From the NCBI GenBank assembly GCA_038323265.1, contig JBBQGT010000087.1, positions 1 to 14,539 on the forward strand: a stretch of 14,539 nucleotides of DNA, written 5' to 3'. How positions within the stretch are numbered: position 1 is the first letter of the stretch; each line of letters begins with the position of its first letter. The notes under the pieces are model-generated. The model was not told where the DNA came from and did no database searches. It was given only the letters and a program-made list of their open reading frames with translations. The position numbers and the translations under genes were made by a program. This stretch comes from Tepidiformales bacterium. GTDB lineage: Bacteria; Chloroflexota; Dehalococcoidia; Tepidiformales; Tepidiformaceae. Positions 1-6,875 of this stretch are shown in pieces.

Positions 1-306
1 CTTTACGTGGACACCGTGGATCGGCGGCTGCACGAAGAACGCGTCGACGCCCGCAGCAAGACCAAGCGGACCACCACCACTAAATTCGGCGAGCTGCCAA
101 ACGGGGCGATGGTCGCGTTGCCCGCGAACCCGGCGCAGGCGTACCTGTTGCGCCGCGGCCATCTGTTTCCCTGGGGCTTTGGCGGTTATGGCCCGCCGAT
201 AGCCGAGAGTGTCAACGCGACCGTGATCGTCCTCACGCCGCCCACCACGCTGGCGGCCCTGCGAGCAGGCTACGTGCCACTCGTGCATCCCTCGGCCAAC
301 GGCTAA
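1..306 (+). CDS. C-terminal fragment of unidentified protein (5' end outside window)
   Basis: Open frame continues from window edge to TAA at 304-306. Strong GC3 bias consistent with coding. No family recognised from the 101 aa visible. Confidence 0.4.
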   Translation, partial: LYVDTVDRRLHEERVDARSKTKRTTTTKFGELPNGAMVALPANPAQAYLLRRGHLFPWGFGGYGPPIAESVNATVIVLTPPTTLAALRAGYVPLVHPSANG

Positions 307-378
307 CGCGCTACCTGCTAGCCAGCCCGGGCAATACACTCGCGTGTACACAACTTCCCACTTGAGACGAGGTCCCGA

Positions 379-1128
379 ATGTCCGGACATTCGAAATGGT
401 CAACGATTAAGCGCGCCAAGGGCGCCACGGATGCCAAGCGCGGGGCGATCTTCACCAAGCTCTCGCGCGAAATCATCATCGCGGCCAAGGGCGGGGGCGA
501 TATCAACGCGAACTTCAAGCTTCGCCTCGCCGTCCAGCGCGCCCGCGCCGTCAACATGCCGAACGACAACATCGAGCGGGCGATCGCGAAGGGTAGCGGC
601 GCCGCCGGCGATGGCGAGCAGCTCGACGAAATCCAGTACGAAGGCTACGGCCCGGGCGGCACCGCGATCATCGTCCAAGCGCTCACCGACAACCGAAACC
701 GCACGGTTGCGGAAGTGCGCCACCGTTTCAGCCGTTCCGGCGGCAACCTCGGCGAGACTGGCTCGGTCGGCTGGCAGTTCGAGGCCAAGGGCCTGATCAC
801 CATTCCCCTCAGCGGAAAAGACAGCGACGAGGTGGCGCTCACGGCGATTGACGCCGGCGCCGACGACGTGCAGGTCGATGACGACATCATCGAAGTGCAG
901 ACCGACCCCGGCAGCCTCGAACCGGTGCGCAAAGCGCTGGAATCGAACGGCCTGGACATCGAAAACGCGGACTTCGCGATGGTCCCCAAGCTGACGATTG
1001 ACCTCGACACCAAGACGGCCCACCAGACGATGAAGCTGATCGAAGCACTCGAAGACCTGGACGATGTCCAGCGCGTCTACTCGAACGCCCACTTTAGCAA
1101 CGAGGCGATGGACAGTTACGAAGGCTAG
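379..1128 (+). CDS. yebC: YebC/PmpR-family (DUF28) probable transcriptional regulatory protein
   Basis: ATG at 379. Translation MSGHSKWSTIKRAKGATDAKRGAIFTKL...ANFKLRLAVQRARAVNMPNDNIERAI is the hallmark N-terminus of the YebC family. 249 aa is typical length. Classic synteny with ruvC downstream. Confidence 0.95.
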   Translation: MSGHSKWSTIKRAKGATDAKRGAIFTKLSREIIIAAKGGGDINANFKLRLAVQRARAVNMPNDNIERAIAKGSGAAGDGEQLDEIQYEGYGPGGTAIIVQALTDNRNRTVAEVRHRFSRSGGNLGETGSVGWQFEAKGLITIPLSGKDSDEVALTAIDAGADDVQVDDDIIEVQTDPGSLEPVRKALESNGLDIENADFAMVPKLTIDLDTKTAHQTMKLIEALEDLDDVQRVYSNAHFSNEAMDSYEG

Positions 1129-1246
1129 TGTCGGCGTACCGGAGTAACGGAGTGGACGCGGCGGGAATCGGGTATCGCTAATCGTGAATCTTGAATTCGC
1201 GTCAACATCGCTTTGAGGCGCGGGACACAAGACGTACAGTGCCGGC

Positions 1247-1732
1247 ATGCGGATCCTTGGTATTGACCCCGGCCTGAACGCCACCGGCTACGGCGTGATT
1301 GAAATCGCGCGCGACGAGTGCGTCCACATCCACCACGGCGTGGTGCGCACCAAAACCACCGCGACAAAGGCCGAACGCCTGACGGCGATCCGCGACGGTG
1401 TGCGCGATGCGGCGCGACTGTGGGGCGCAACGGCGGGCGCGATTGAGGCTTCCTTCATCGGCACGAACGCGAGAAGTTCCATGGCCCTCGGAGAGGCGCG
1501 CGCCGCCGCGATCATCGGCATGGCGGATGCCGGCCTGGAAGTCATGGAGTATGCGCCAACGCTGGTGAAGCAGACGGTTGCCGGCTACGGCCGGGGCGAA
1601 AAATCGCAGGTGGCCGAAATGGTGCGCCTGCAACTCGCCCTGAAGGTGGTCCCCACCCCGGCGGATGCCGCCGACGCGCTGGCCATCGCGGTGACGCACT
1701 GGGCGCACACCCGGCTAGCGGCGCGCACGTAG
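1247..1732 (+). CDS. ruvC: Crossover junction endodeoxyribonuclease RuvC (Holliday junction resolvase)
   Basis: MRILGIDPGLNATGYGVIE... N-terminus with catalytic Asp in GIDPG. C-terminal DAADALAIAVTHW motif. 161 aa. Follows yebC as in many bacteria. Confidence 0.95.
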   Translation: MRILGIDPGLNATGYGVIEIARDECVHIHHGVVRTKTTATKAERLTAIRDGVRDAARLWGATAGAIEASFIGTNARSSMALGEARAAAIIGMADAGLEVMEYAPTLVKQTVAGYGRGEKSQVAEMVRLQLALKVVPTPADAADALAIAVTHWAHTRLAART

Positions 1733-1799
1733 GAGCGTGGGGCCTGGCCGGAATCACCCACGTCAGCATGCGCCCAGCGTCCAACGCGCGCGGTAAGCC

Positions 1800-2264
1800 C
1801 TAGTAGCGCCCGCCGAGCTTGCCGTGGTCCCAGGTGTAGATGTCCACCGGGTTGATGCGGATGACGACGCGCTTGCTCGCCACCTTGAGGGCCGCTTCGG
1901 GCGTCTCTGTTGGCGCCGGGATGCCGTTGTATTTCGCGCCGATTTTGGCCATGACGCTGGCCGTGAACTGCGTGTCTTCGAGCAGTTCGGCGTTCCCCTC
2001 GATCACCAGCCCGCGCAGTTCGCTGTACGCCTTGCCCGACTCAAGCATCGCCGTGATCTTCGGGTCGCGACGCAGGTTGAGCACCTTCTGGCTCTTGCCG
2101 AAGGTGGTGAAGTGCACTTTCCCATCGAGCACGACGTACCACATGGCGACGAGGTGCGGGAAGCCTTTCGGCCCGTTCGAAGCGATCTGGATGGTCCAAC
2201 CATCCTGCAGGAACGTCTCCTGTTCTTCGGGCGTGAGGGCGATCGAGGAGCGGCGGCTTGGCAT
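1800..2264 (-). CDS. PPOX-class (pyridoxamine 5'-phosphate oxidase-like split-barrel) probable F420/FMN-dependent enzyme
   Basis: Start chosen at internal ATG (2264-2262) preceded by AAGGAAGG 8 nt upstream. The annotated ORF start at 2402 is a GTG with an R/P-rich junk N-terminus. NLRRDP motif and overall similarity to Rv1155-like PPOX class F420-dependent proteins. 154 aa. Confidence 0.8.
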   Translation of the reverse strand: MPSRRSSIALTPEEQETFLQDGWTIQIASNGPKGFPHLVAMWYVVLDGKVHFTTFGKSQKVLNLRRDPKITAMLESGKAYSELRGLVIEGNAELLEDTQFTASVMAKIGAKYNGIPAPTETPEAALKVASKRVVIRINPVDIYTWDHGKLGGRY

Positions 2265-2344
2265 CGGGAAGCCTTCCTTGCGGGTGTAGTATTGCCGCAC
2301 AGTAGAAGCCTTCTCCAACGGGGGCAACTCAGGAGGCAAAACCG
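2265..2344. promoter_or_regulatory. Divergent intergenic region between two PPOX-family genes. Contains AGGAGG Shine-Dalgarno 8 nt before ATG 2345 and AAGGAAGG before the minus-strand ATG 2264.
   Basis: Sequence read directly. Both SD motifs correctly spaced. Promoter elements themselves not resolved. Confidence 0.4.
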
Positions 2345-2959
2345 ATGGCTTACACCTACCACGACGGTGAGCGCGAACTGCAGGAGCGCTTCGATAGCAC
2401 ACGGCTGGCGGACAAGCTCAAGGAACGCGTGGTGCACGACACGATCAGTGCCAGCGACCGCGACTTCATCGGGCGGATGGACATGTTCTTCCTCGCCTCG
2501 GTCAGCGCCGAAGGAAACGTCGACTGCTCCTACAAAGGCGGCGAGCCCGGCTTCGTGAAGGTGATCGACGACCGCACCGTGGCCTTCCCAAACTACGACG
2601 GCAATGGGATGTTCATGAGCGCCGGCAACATCCTTACGAATCCCAAGGTGGGGATGCTGTTCATCGATTGGGAGAACCAGTGGCGCATGCGCCTGAACGG
2701 CACGGCGAGCATCGATTTCGCCGACCCGCTGCAAGCCGAATGGCCGGAGGCGATGTTCGTCGTGCGGGTTGCAGCCGAAGAGGTCTTCCCAAACTGCCCG
2801 CGCTATATCCACAAGATGCAACTGGTCGAACGCTCGGGCTTCGTGCCAAAAGCCGAATGCCAGACGCCGGAACCAGACTGGAAGGGACACTTCGAAGACG
2901 TGCTGCCGGCCGCCCAACAGGAACGGCGGGCGGCGCTGCGCGAGCAGGGGGACATTTGA
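2345..2959 (+). CDS. Pyridoxamine 5'-phosphate oxidase-related FMN-binding (split-barrel) family protein
   Basis: ATG 2345 with AGGAGG SD. 204 aa with MFFLASVSAEGNVDCSYKGGEPGFVKV...FPNCPRYIHKM pattern typical of PNPOx-like FMN-binding proteins of unknown substrate. Stop TGA 2957-2959. Confidence 0.75.
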   Translation: MAYTYHDGERELQERFDSTRLADKLKERVVHDTISASDRDFIGRMDMFFLASVSAEGNVDCSYKGGEPGFVKVIDDRTVAFPNYDGNGMFMSAGNILTNPKVGMLFIDWENQWRMRLNGTASIDFADPLQAEWPEAMFVVRVAAEEVFPNCPRYIHKMQLVERSGFVPKAECQTPEPDWKGHFEDVLPAAQQERRAALREQGDI

Positions 2960-3756
2960 GTCAGGAACTCGTACCGCCCCGCGACAAGAGGTTCGAAATC
3001 AAGGAGTACGACGCTTCGTACAAGGGCGACGATTCGAAGGATGCCGCCGAGAAGGAAATTGCTTCACTGCGATTGCGCCTGGACGAGCTTCAAAACCTGA
3101 TGTATGCGGATGGCCGCTTCGGCATGCTCATCGTGCTCCAGGCGATCGATGCCGGCGGCAAGGACGGGACGATTAGGAGCGTCTTCCAGCAGGTCGGACC
3201 GCTAGCCTGCTCGGTGGTCTCGTTCGGCGTGCCTACAAAGCCTGAGCTGGCGCACGATTACCTCTGGCGCTACCACCGGGAAACGCCACAACGCGGCCAG
3301 ATGGTGATCTTCAACCGCTCGCATTACGAAAGCGTGCTCGTGGAGCGTGTGCAAAACATCGCCCCGAAGGAAGTCTGGAAGGCGCGTTACGAGCAGATCA
3401 ACCAATGGGAGAGCTACCTGGTTGGCCAGGGCACCGTGATCATGAAGTTCTTCCTGCACATTTCGAAGGACGAGCAGCGCCAGCGGCTGCAGGATCGTGT
3501 CGACGACCCAAAGAAGCGTTGGAAGTTCCGCATGGGTGACCTTGAGGACCGCAAGCTCTGGGACGACTACCAGGCCGCCTTCGAAGGCATGGTGGACAAT
3601 TGCAACACGGAGGACGCGCCCTGGCACGTGGTTCCCGGTGACCGCAACTGGTACCGCGACCTGACGGTGGCCCGCGCCCTGGTGAAGAAACTGGAGAGCA
3701 TGGACCTGCGGTACCCCGAGGCGGAGACGGGCGTCGAGGGATTAACGGTCAGCTAG
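2956..3756 (+). CDS. ppk2: Polyphosphate kinase 2 (PPK2 family polyphosphate:nucleotide phosphotransferase), single-domain
   Basis: TTG at 2956 overlapping upstream TGA (TTTGA), with AGGGGGA SD 4-5 nt upstream. Upstream part of the raw ORF (from 2668) is an R/A-rich alternate frame of the PPOX gene and was excluded. Walker A-like IDAGGKDGTI, lid FNRSHYESVLVERV, KFFLHISKDEQRQRL and WKFRMGDLEDRKLWDDY are all PPK2 signatures. 266 aa. Confidence 0.88.
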   Translation: MSQELVPPRDKRFEIKEYDASYKGDDSKDAAEKEIASLRLRLDELQNLMYADGRFGMLIVLQAIDAGGKDGTIRSVFQQVGPLACSVVSFGVPTKPELAHDYLWRYHRETPQRGQMVIFNRSHYESVLVERVQNIAPKEVWKARYEQINQWESYLVGQGTVIMKFFLHISKDEQRQRLQDRVDDPKKRWKFRMGDLEDRKLWDDYQAAFEGMVDNCNTEDAPWHVVPGDRNWYRDLTVARALVKKLESMDLRYPEAETGVEGLTVS

Positions 3757-4633
3757 AAGAGACGTGCCAGTCCCACCGGCTGGCGATCGAAACCGGCCTG
3801 CCGGGAATGACGATAGCCGCGCCTACGCCCCGAAAACCGCGCGCATCAAGATTGAAAGCATCCGGCGCGCAGGTCTGCGGCTCGATGCAGAACGCCTGGG
3901 GCGGCGTATGCACCATGACGTGGGGCTCCACGCCTTCGATGGAGATCCGAAGCCGGACGCGGCCCCAGTCCACCTCGATGGGACTGGTCAGGCCGGTGTA
4001 GCAGTCGTCCAAACGCCGGTCGCCAAGCGTAATCCCGCTTGTGAGATCGTAGTCGCCGAGCGGGGCTACAAGTTCGCCGGTTGGAATCTGGTGGTCGAGG
4101 ATATAGCGCTTGCTGGCGGGGACCACCACCTTGACCGACTCGGCGCCCGCGACATCGCGCCGGAACCACGGGTGCCAGCCGCAGCCAGCGGGAAACGCCT
4201 CGCGTTCGCTGCGCACCTCCATCTTCATCCGCAGGCCCGTGGGCGTGATTTCGAAGCGCTGCCAGGCCCGGCCCTGCCACGGCCAGCCGTCATCGAAGGT
4301 GGTTAACAATTCCACCACCCGCGAAGTTCGAGCAACCACCTCCCACGGACGGTTGAAAACGCGGCCATGGATGGCGTGCGGCGTCCCCTCAGCGGGCACG
4401 CTGACGGCTTGACCCGCCCACGGAAACGTACCGCTGTTGATTCGGTTGGCCCATGGCGCCATGGGGAAGGAGCCGCCGCGTGTTGGCCACGTGTGGTATT
4501 CAGCCGGGTCGTCGGGCGAGAACAGTAGTGGCTCCTCACGGCCATCGATAACCACGAACAACTGATGGAGCCGTCCGCCAAACTCGGGCAGAATCACCGC
4601 CCGGCCACCTGTGCTTCGCAGCTCAATTGCCAT
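3749..4633 (-). CDS. Aldose 1-epimerase (galactose mutarotase-like) family protein
   Basis: MAIELRSTGGRAVILPEFGGRLHQL... N-terminus and overall beta-sandwich mutarotase-like pattern. Start taken at ATG 4633, alternative TTG 4669. 3' end overlaps convergent ppk2 by 8 bp. Confidence 0.75.
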   Translation of the reverse strand: MAIELRSTGGRAVILPEFGGRLHQLFVVIDGREEPLLFSPDDPAEYHTWPTRGGSFPMAPWANRINSGTFPWAGQAVSVPAEGTPHAIHGRVFNRPWEVVARTSRVVELLTTFDDGWPWQGRAWQRFEITPTGLRMKMEVRSEREAFPAGCGWHPWFRRDVAGAESVKVVVPASKRYILDHQIPTGELVAPLGDYDLTSGITLGDRRLDDCYTGLTSPIEVDWGRVRLRISIEGVEPHVMVHTPPQAFCIEPQTCAPDAFNLDARGFRGVGAAIVIPGRPVSIASRWDWHVSSS

Positions 4634-4704
4634 GCGCGAATTGTGGCGTGCACAAACCCGCGCGAGCAACGCACCACAAGCGAAGCACCCTTTAGACTCG
4701 GGAG

Positions 4705-5385
4705 ATGGCGCGAATCATTCTCTTCGACATCGACATGACGCTCATCCGCAGCCACGGCGCGGGGCGCGGGGCATTGAGCAAGGCGTTCGCCGAGACGTAC
4801 AGCGTCGACGGCGCGACCGACGGAGTCTCGTTCGATGGCCGCACAGACCGGGCGATACTCGATGAGATCATCGCCGTCCACCATCTTGGGCCGGAGCCGC
4901 AGAAAGCCTACGAACGAGTCCGCGCCGCCTACCTGGCGCAGCTGAACGCCTCGCTGGACGAGCATCGCGGGTTCGCTCTGCCGGGCGTGGAAGCGCTTCT
5001 GCCGAAGCTCCAGTTCTCGCACGGCGCCATAGGCCTGGCGACCGGCAACATGCGCGAGGGAGCGCAGATCAAGCTTGCGCACTACAACCTCTGGCAGTGG
5101 TTCAGCGGCGGCGGGTTTGGCGGCGACACGCCGGTCCGGGCTGAACTGGTGGCCGCGGGTATTCGCGACATGGCCGCCGTCCTGGGCGTAAACGCGGACC
5201 CGGGGGACACGATCGTCGTCGGGGACACGCCGCTGGACGTGGACGCCGCCCAGAAAGCCGGAGCACGCGCGCTCGCCGTGGCTACGGGCTCGTACACGGT
5301 GGAAGCACTGCGCCAGACGGCCGCCGAGTGGGTGCTCGAAGACCTTTCGGACACGCCGGGAGTGATGGCGCTGCTCGCGAGCTAG
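4705..5385 (+). CDS. HAD-superfamily hydrolase (phosphatase, subfamily IA-like)
   Basis: Motif I FDIDMTL (DxDxT) at N-terminus and motif IV GDTPLDVDAA. 226 aa. Confidence 0.85.
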   Translation: MARIILFDIDMTLIRSHGAGRGALSKAFAETYSVDGATDGVSFDGRTDRAILDEIIAVHHLGPEPQKAYERVRAAYLAQLNASLDEHRGFALPGVEALLPKLQFSHGAIGLATGNMREGAQIKLAHYNLWQWFSGGGFGGDTPVRAELVAAGIRDMAAVLGVNADPGDTIVVGDTPLDVDAAQKAGARALAVATGSYTVEALRQTAAEWVLEDLSDTPGVMALLAS

Positions 5386-5861
5386 AGGTGGCGGCCGTCG
5401 TCCAGGATCGCCTCCATGATGTCATCGCGGACCGCGAAGCCGTACCGCGCGTAGAGCGTGCGGCTGCGGGCCGTTGGCCAGAGCACCACGGAGTCCACGC
5501 GCGCCTCGCGGCAGAACGCCAACGCCGCGTCCAGCAACGATTGGCCAGCACCAGCGCCCCTTGCGGCCGGGCCCACGTAGACGTTCGTTATGTAGGCGTG
5601 TTGTTCGAATTCCGGGGCGGGATTTGGGACCTTTTCGATCAGCTGCAACCAGAGGTGCCCGGCAATGTCGCCGCCATCGGCCTCCACCACCCAGCAGTGC
5701 CACGGGCCACCAGCGATCAGTCGGGCGCGCATCCAGAGGACCGCACGCCCCACGAAGGCCGCTTCGCTCTCCGCCGCACTGCCTAGTGCGGCTCGGAACT
5801 CGTAGCGCAAGCGCGCAAGCGCGCCGGCGTCCGCGGCGGTTGCACGACGCACGCTCGCCAC
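5382..5861 (-). CDS. GNAT-family N-acetyltransferase
   Basis: 159 aa. Acetyl-CoA binding region VGPAARGAGAGQSLL (Q/RxxGxG/A). GTG start at 5861-5859 sharing one nt with the TAG of the upstream alpha/beta hydrolase gene. 3' end overlaps convergent HAD gene by 4 bp. Confidence 0.8.
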   Translation of the reverse strand: MASVRRATAADAGALARLRYEFRAALGSAAESEAAFVGRAVLWMRARLIAGGPWHCWVVEADGGDIAGHLWLQLIEKVPNPAPEFEQHAYITNVYVGPAARGAGAGQSLLDAALAFCREARVDSVVLWPTARSRTLYARYGFAVRDDIMEAILDDGRHL

Positions 5862-6661
5862 TAGATGGGGTGCCTCGCAAGGAAGTCGAGCACCACAGGG
5901 CCCGCCTCCTCGCGAAACTCGATGAAGTAGCCGTGCCGCCCGCCCTTGACCATGTAGAGCTCGGCCCCGGGAATACGGCCGACGAGCAGGGCTGCGTTGG
6001 CGGTTGGGTTAATGCGGTCGTCCGTACCGTGGATGACGAGCGTGGGCGCCGAGATCTCAGGCAGGCGGTCCCAGGAATCGTGTCCCTCGCTGGCGAGGTA
6101 GTGCATCTTCTGGGCGTACGGCGGGATGGGCTTCATTGCACGCGTACGAGCGATGACCAGGTATTCGGGGTGCGCCGCAAGGTACGCCGGCGTCACCATC
6201 TGTTCGGCCATGAACGCCACGCGGGCGTCCACATCCTCCGGACGATTGGCCATTTCCGCGTCCACTTCCGGCGGGCGCTTCACGCCGTAGGCGTTGCCGG
6301 GAGTGGTGCAACCAAGCACCAACCCGCCCAATCGTCCGCCATGTTCGATCCCGAGCCGCTGGCAGATGCGCCCACCCATCGAAATGCCGTAGGCGTGCGC
6401 GCGTTCTATCCCAAGGTGATCGAGCAAACCGACGGCATCCGCCGCGAAGCCTTCAATCGAATACGCCGGTTCGCGCGGCTTGTCGCTCTGGCCCGTGCCG
6501 CGGTGGTCGAAAACGATCGTGCGGTGGCGTTCGGCGAAGTCCTCGCGTACGGCGTCCCAGCTGTGATGGTCGCTGCCCTGGCCCATGACCAGGAGCAACG
6601 GAGAGCCGCTACCCGATTCTTCGTAGTAAAGCGAGACTCCGTTGACCGGTGCGTATGGCAT
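5861..6661 (-). CDS. Alpha/beta-fold hydrolase
   Basis: Nucleophile elbow GISMGG, N-terminal VNGVSLYYEESGSGSPLLLVMGQGS (HG-like oxyanion region), C-terminal HGTDDRI...GGRHGYF with catalytic Asp/His. Start at ATG 6661 (MPYAPVNG...), alternative TTG 6697. Confidence 0.85.
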   Translation of the reverse strand: MPYAPVNGVSLYYEESGSGSPLLLVMGQGSDHHSWDAVREDFAERHRTIVFDHRGTGQSDKPREPAYSIEGFAADAVGLLDHLGIERAHAYGISMGGRICQRLGIEHGGRLGGLVLGCTTPGNAYGVKRPPEVDAEMANRPEDVDARVAFMAEQMVTPAYLAAHPEYLVIARTRAMKPIPPYAQKMHYLASEGHDSWDRLPEISAPTLVIHGTDDRINPTANAALLVGRIPGAELYMVKGGRHGYFIEFREEAGPVVLDFLARHPI

Positions 6662-6875
6662 GTGCGGGACACTATCGGGCCGGGACGCAGCTCGCAAGCG
6701 CCGCCCCGTTGAGCATCGCCTCCAGAGTACGCGAAGTTACCGCGGAGGTTGTCGGCCCGGAGCGCTCCCCCAATTCAACGTCGACCCGGACCACGAGGCA
6801 AGCTCCGGGTTCGCGTATGGGGCCGGAAGCCCATTCGCCCAGGAGCCGGGTCCACGTCCTCGACAGTCGGGCTCG

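Noticed and set aside
1129-1246. Possible LexA/SOS box upstream of ruvC
   Set aside because: I looked for TCGAAC-N4-GTTCGA or GAAC-N4-GTTC type boxes. Only a GAATTC/TTGA…TCAA partial symmetry is present, with no convincing operator.
400-1284. 294-aa ORF on minus strand antisense to yebC
   Set aside because: Completely overlaps the unmistakable yebC homolog. Product is R/A/G-rich with no recognisable fold, a typical high-GC antisense artefact.
1824-2917. Long ORFs 1824..2558 (+), 1840..2289 (+) and 2003..2917 (-) overlapping the two PPOX genes
   Set aside because: Each is antisense or out of frame to a clear PPOX-family homolog. Their translations are Arg/Ala-rich and featureless.
2668-2955. 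Upstream extension of the ppk2 ORF back to 2668
   Set aside because: This stretch is an alternate reading frame of the PPOX-like gene (R/A/G-rich junk). A TTG with a good SD at 2956 gives the canonical PPK2 N-terminal length.
5474-6712. 412-aa ORF on + strand
   Set aside because: Antisense to the alpha/beta hydrolase and GNAT genes. Extremely Arg/Pro-rich with no domain features.
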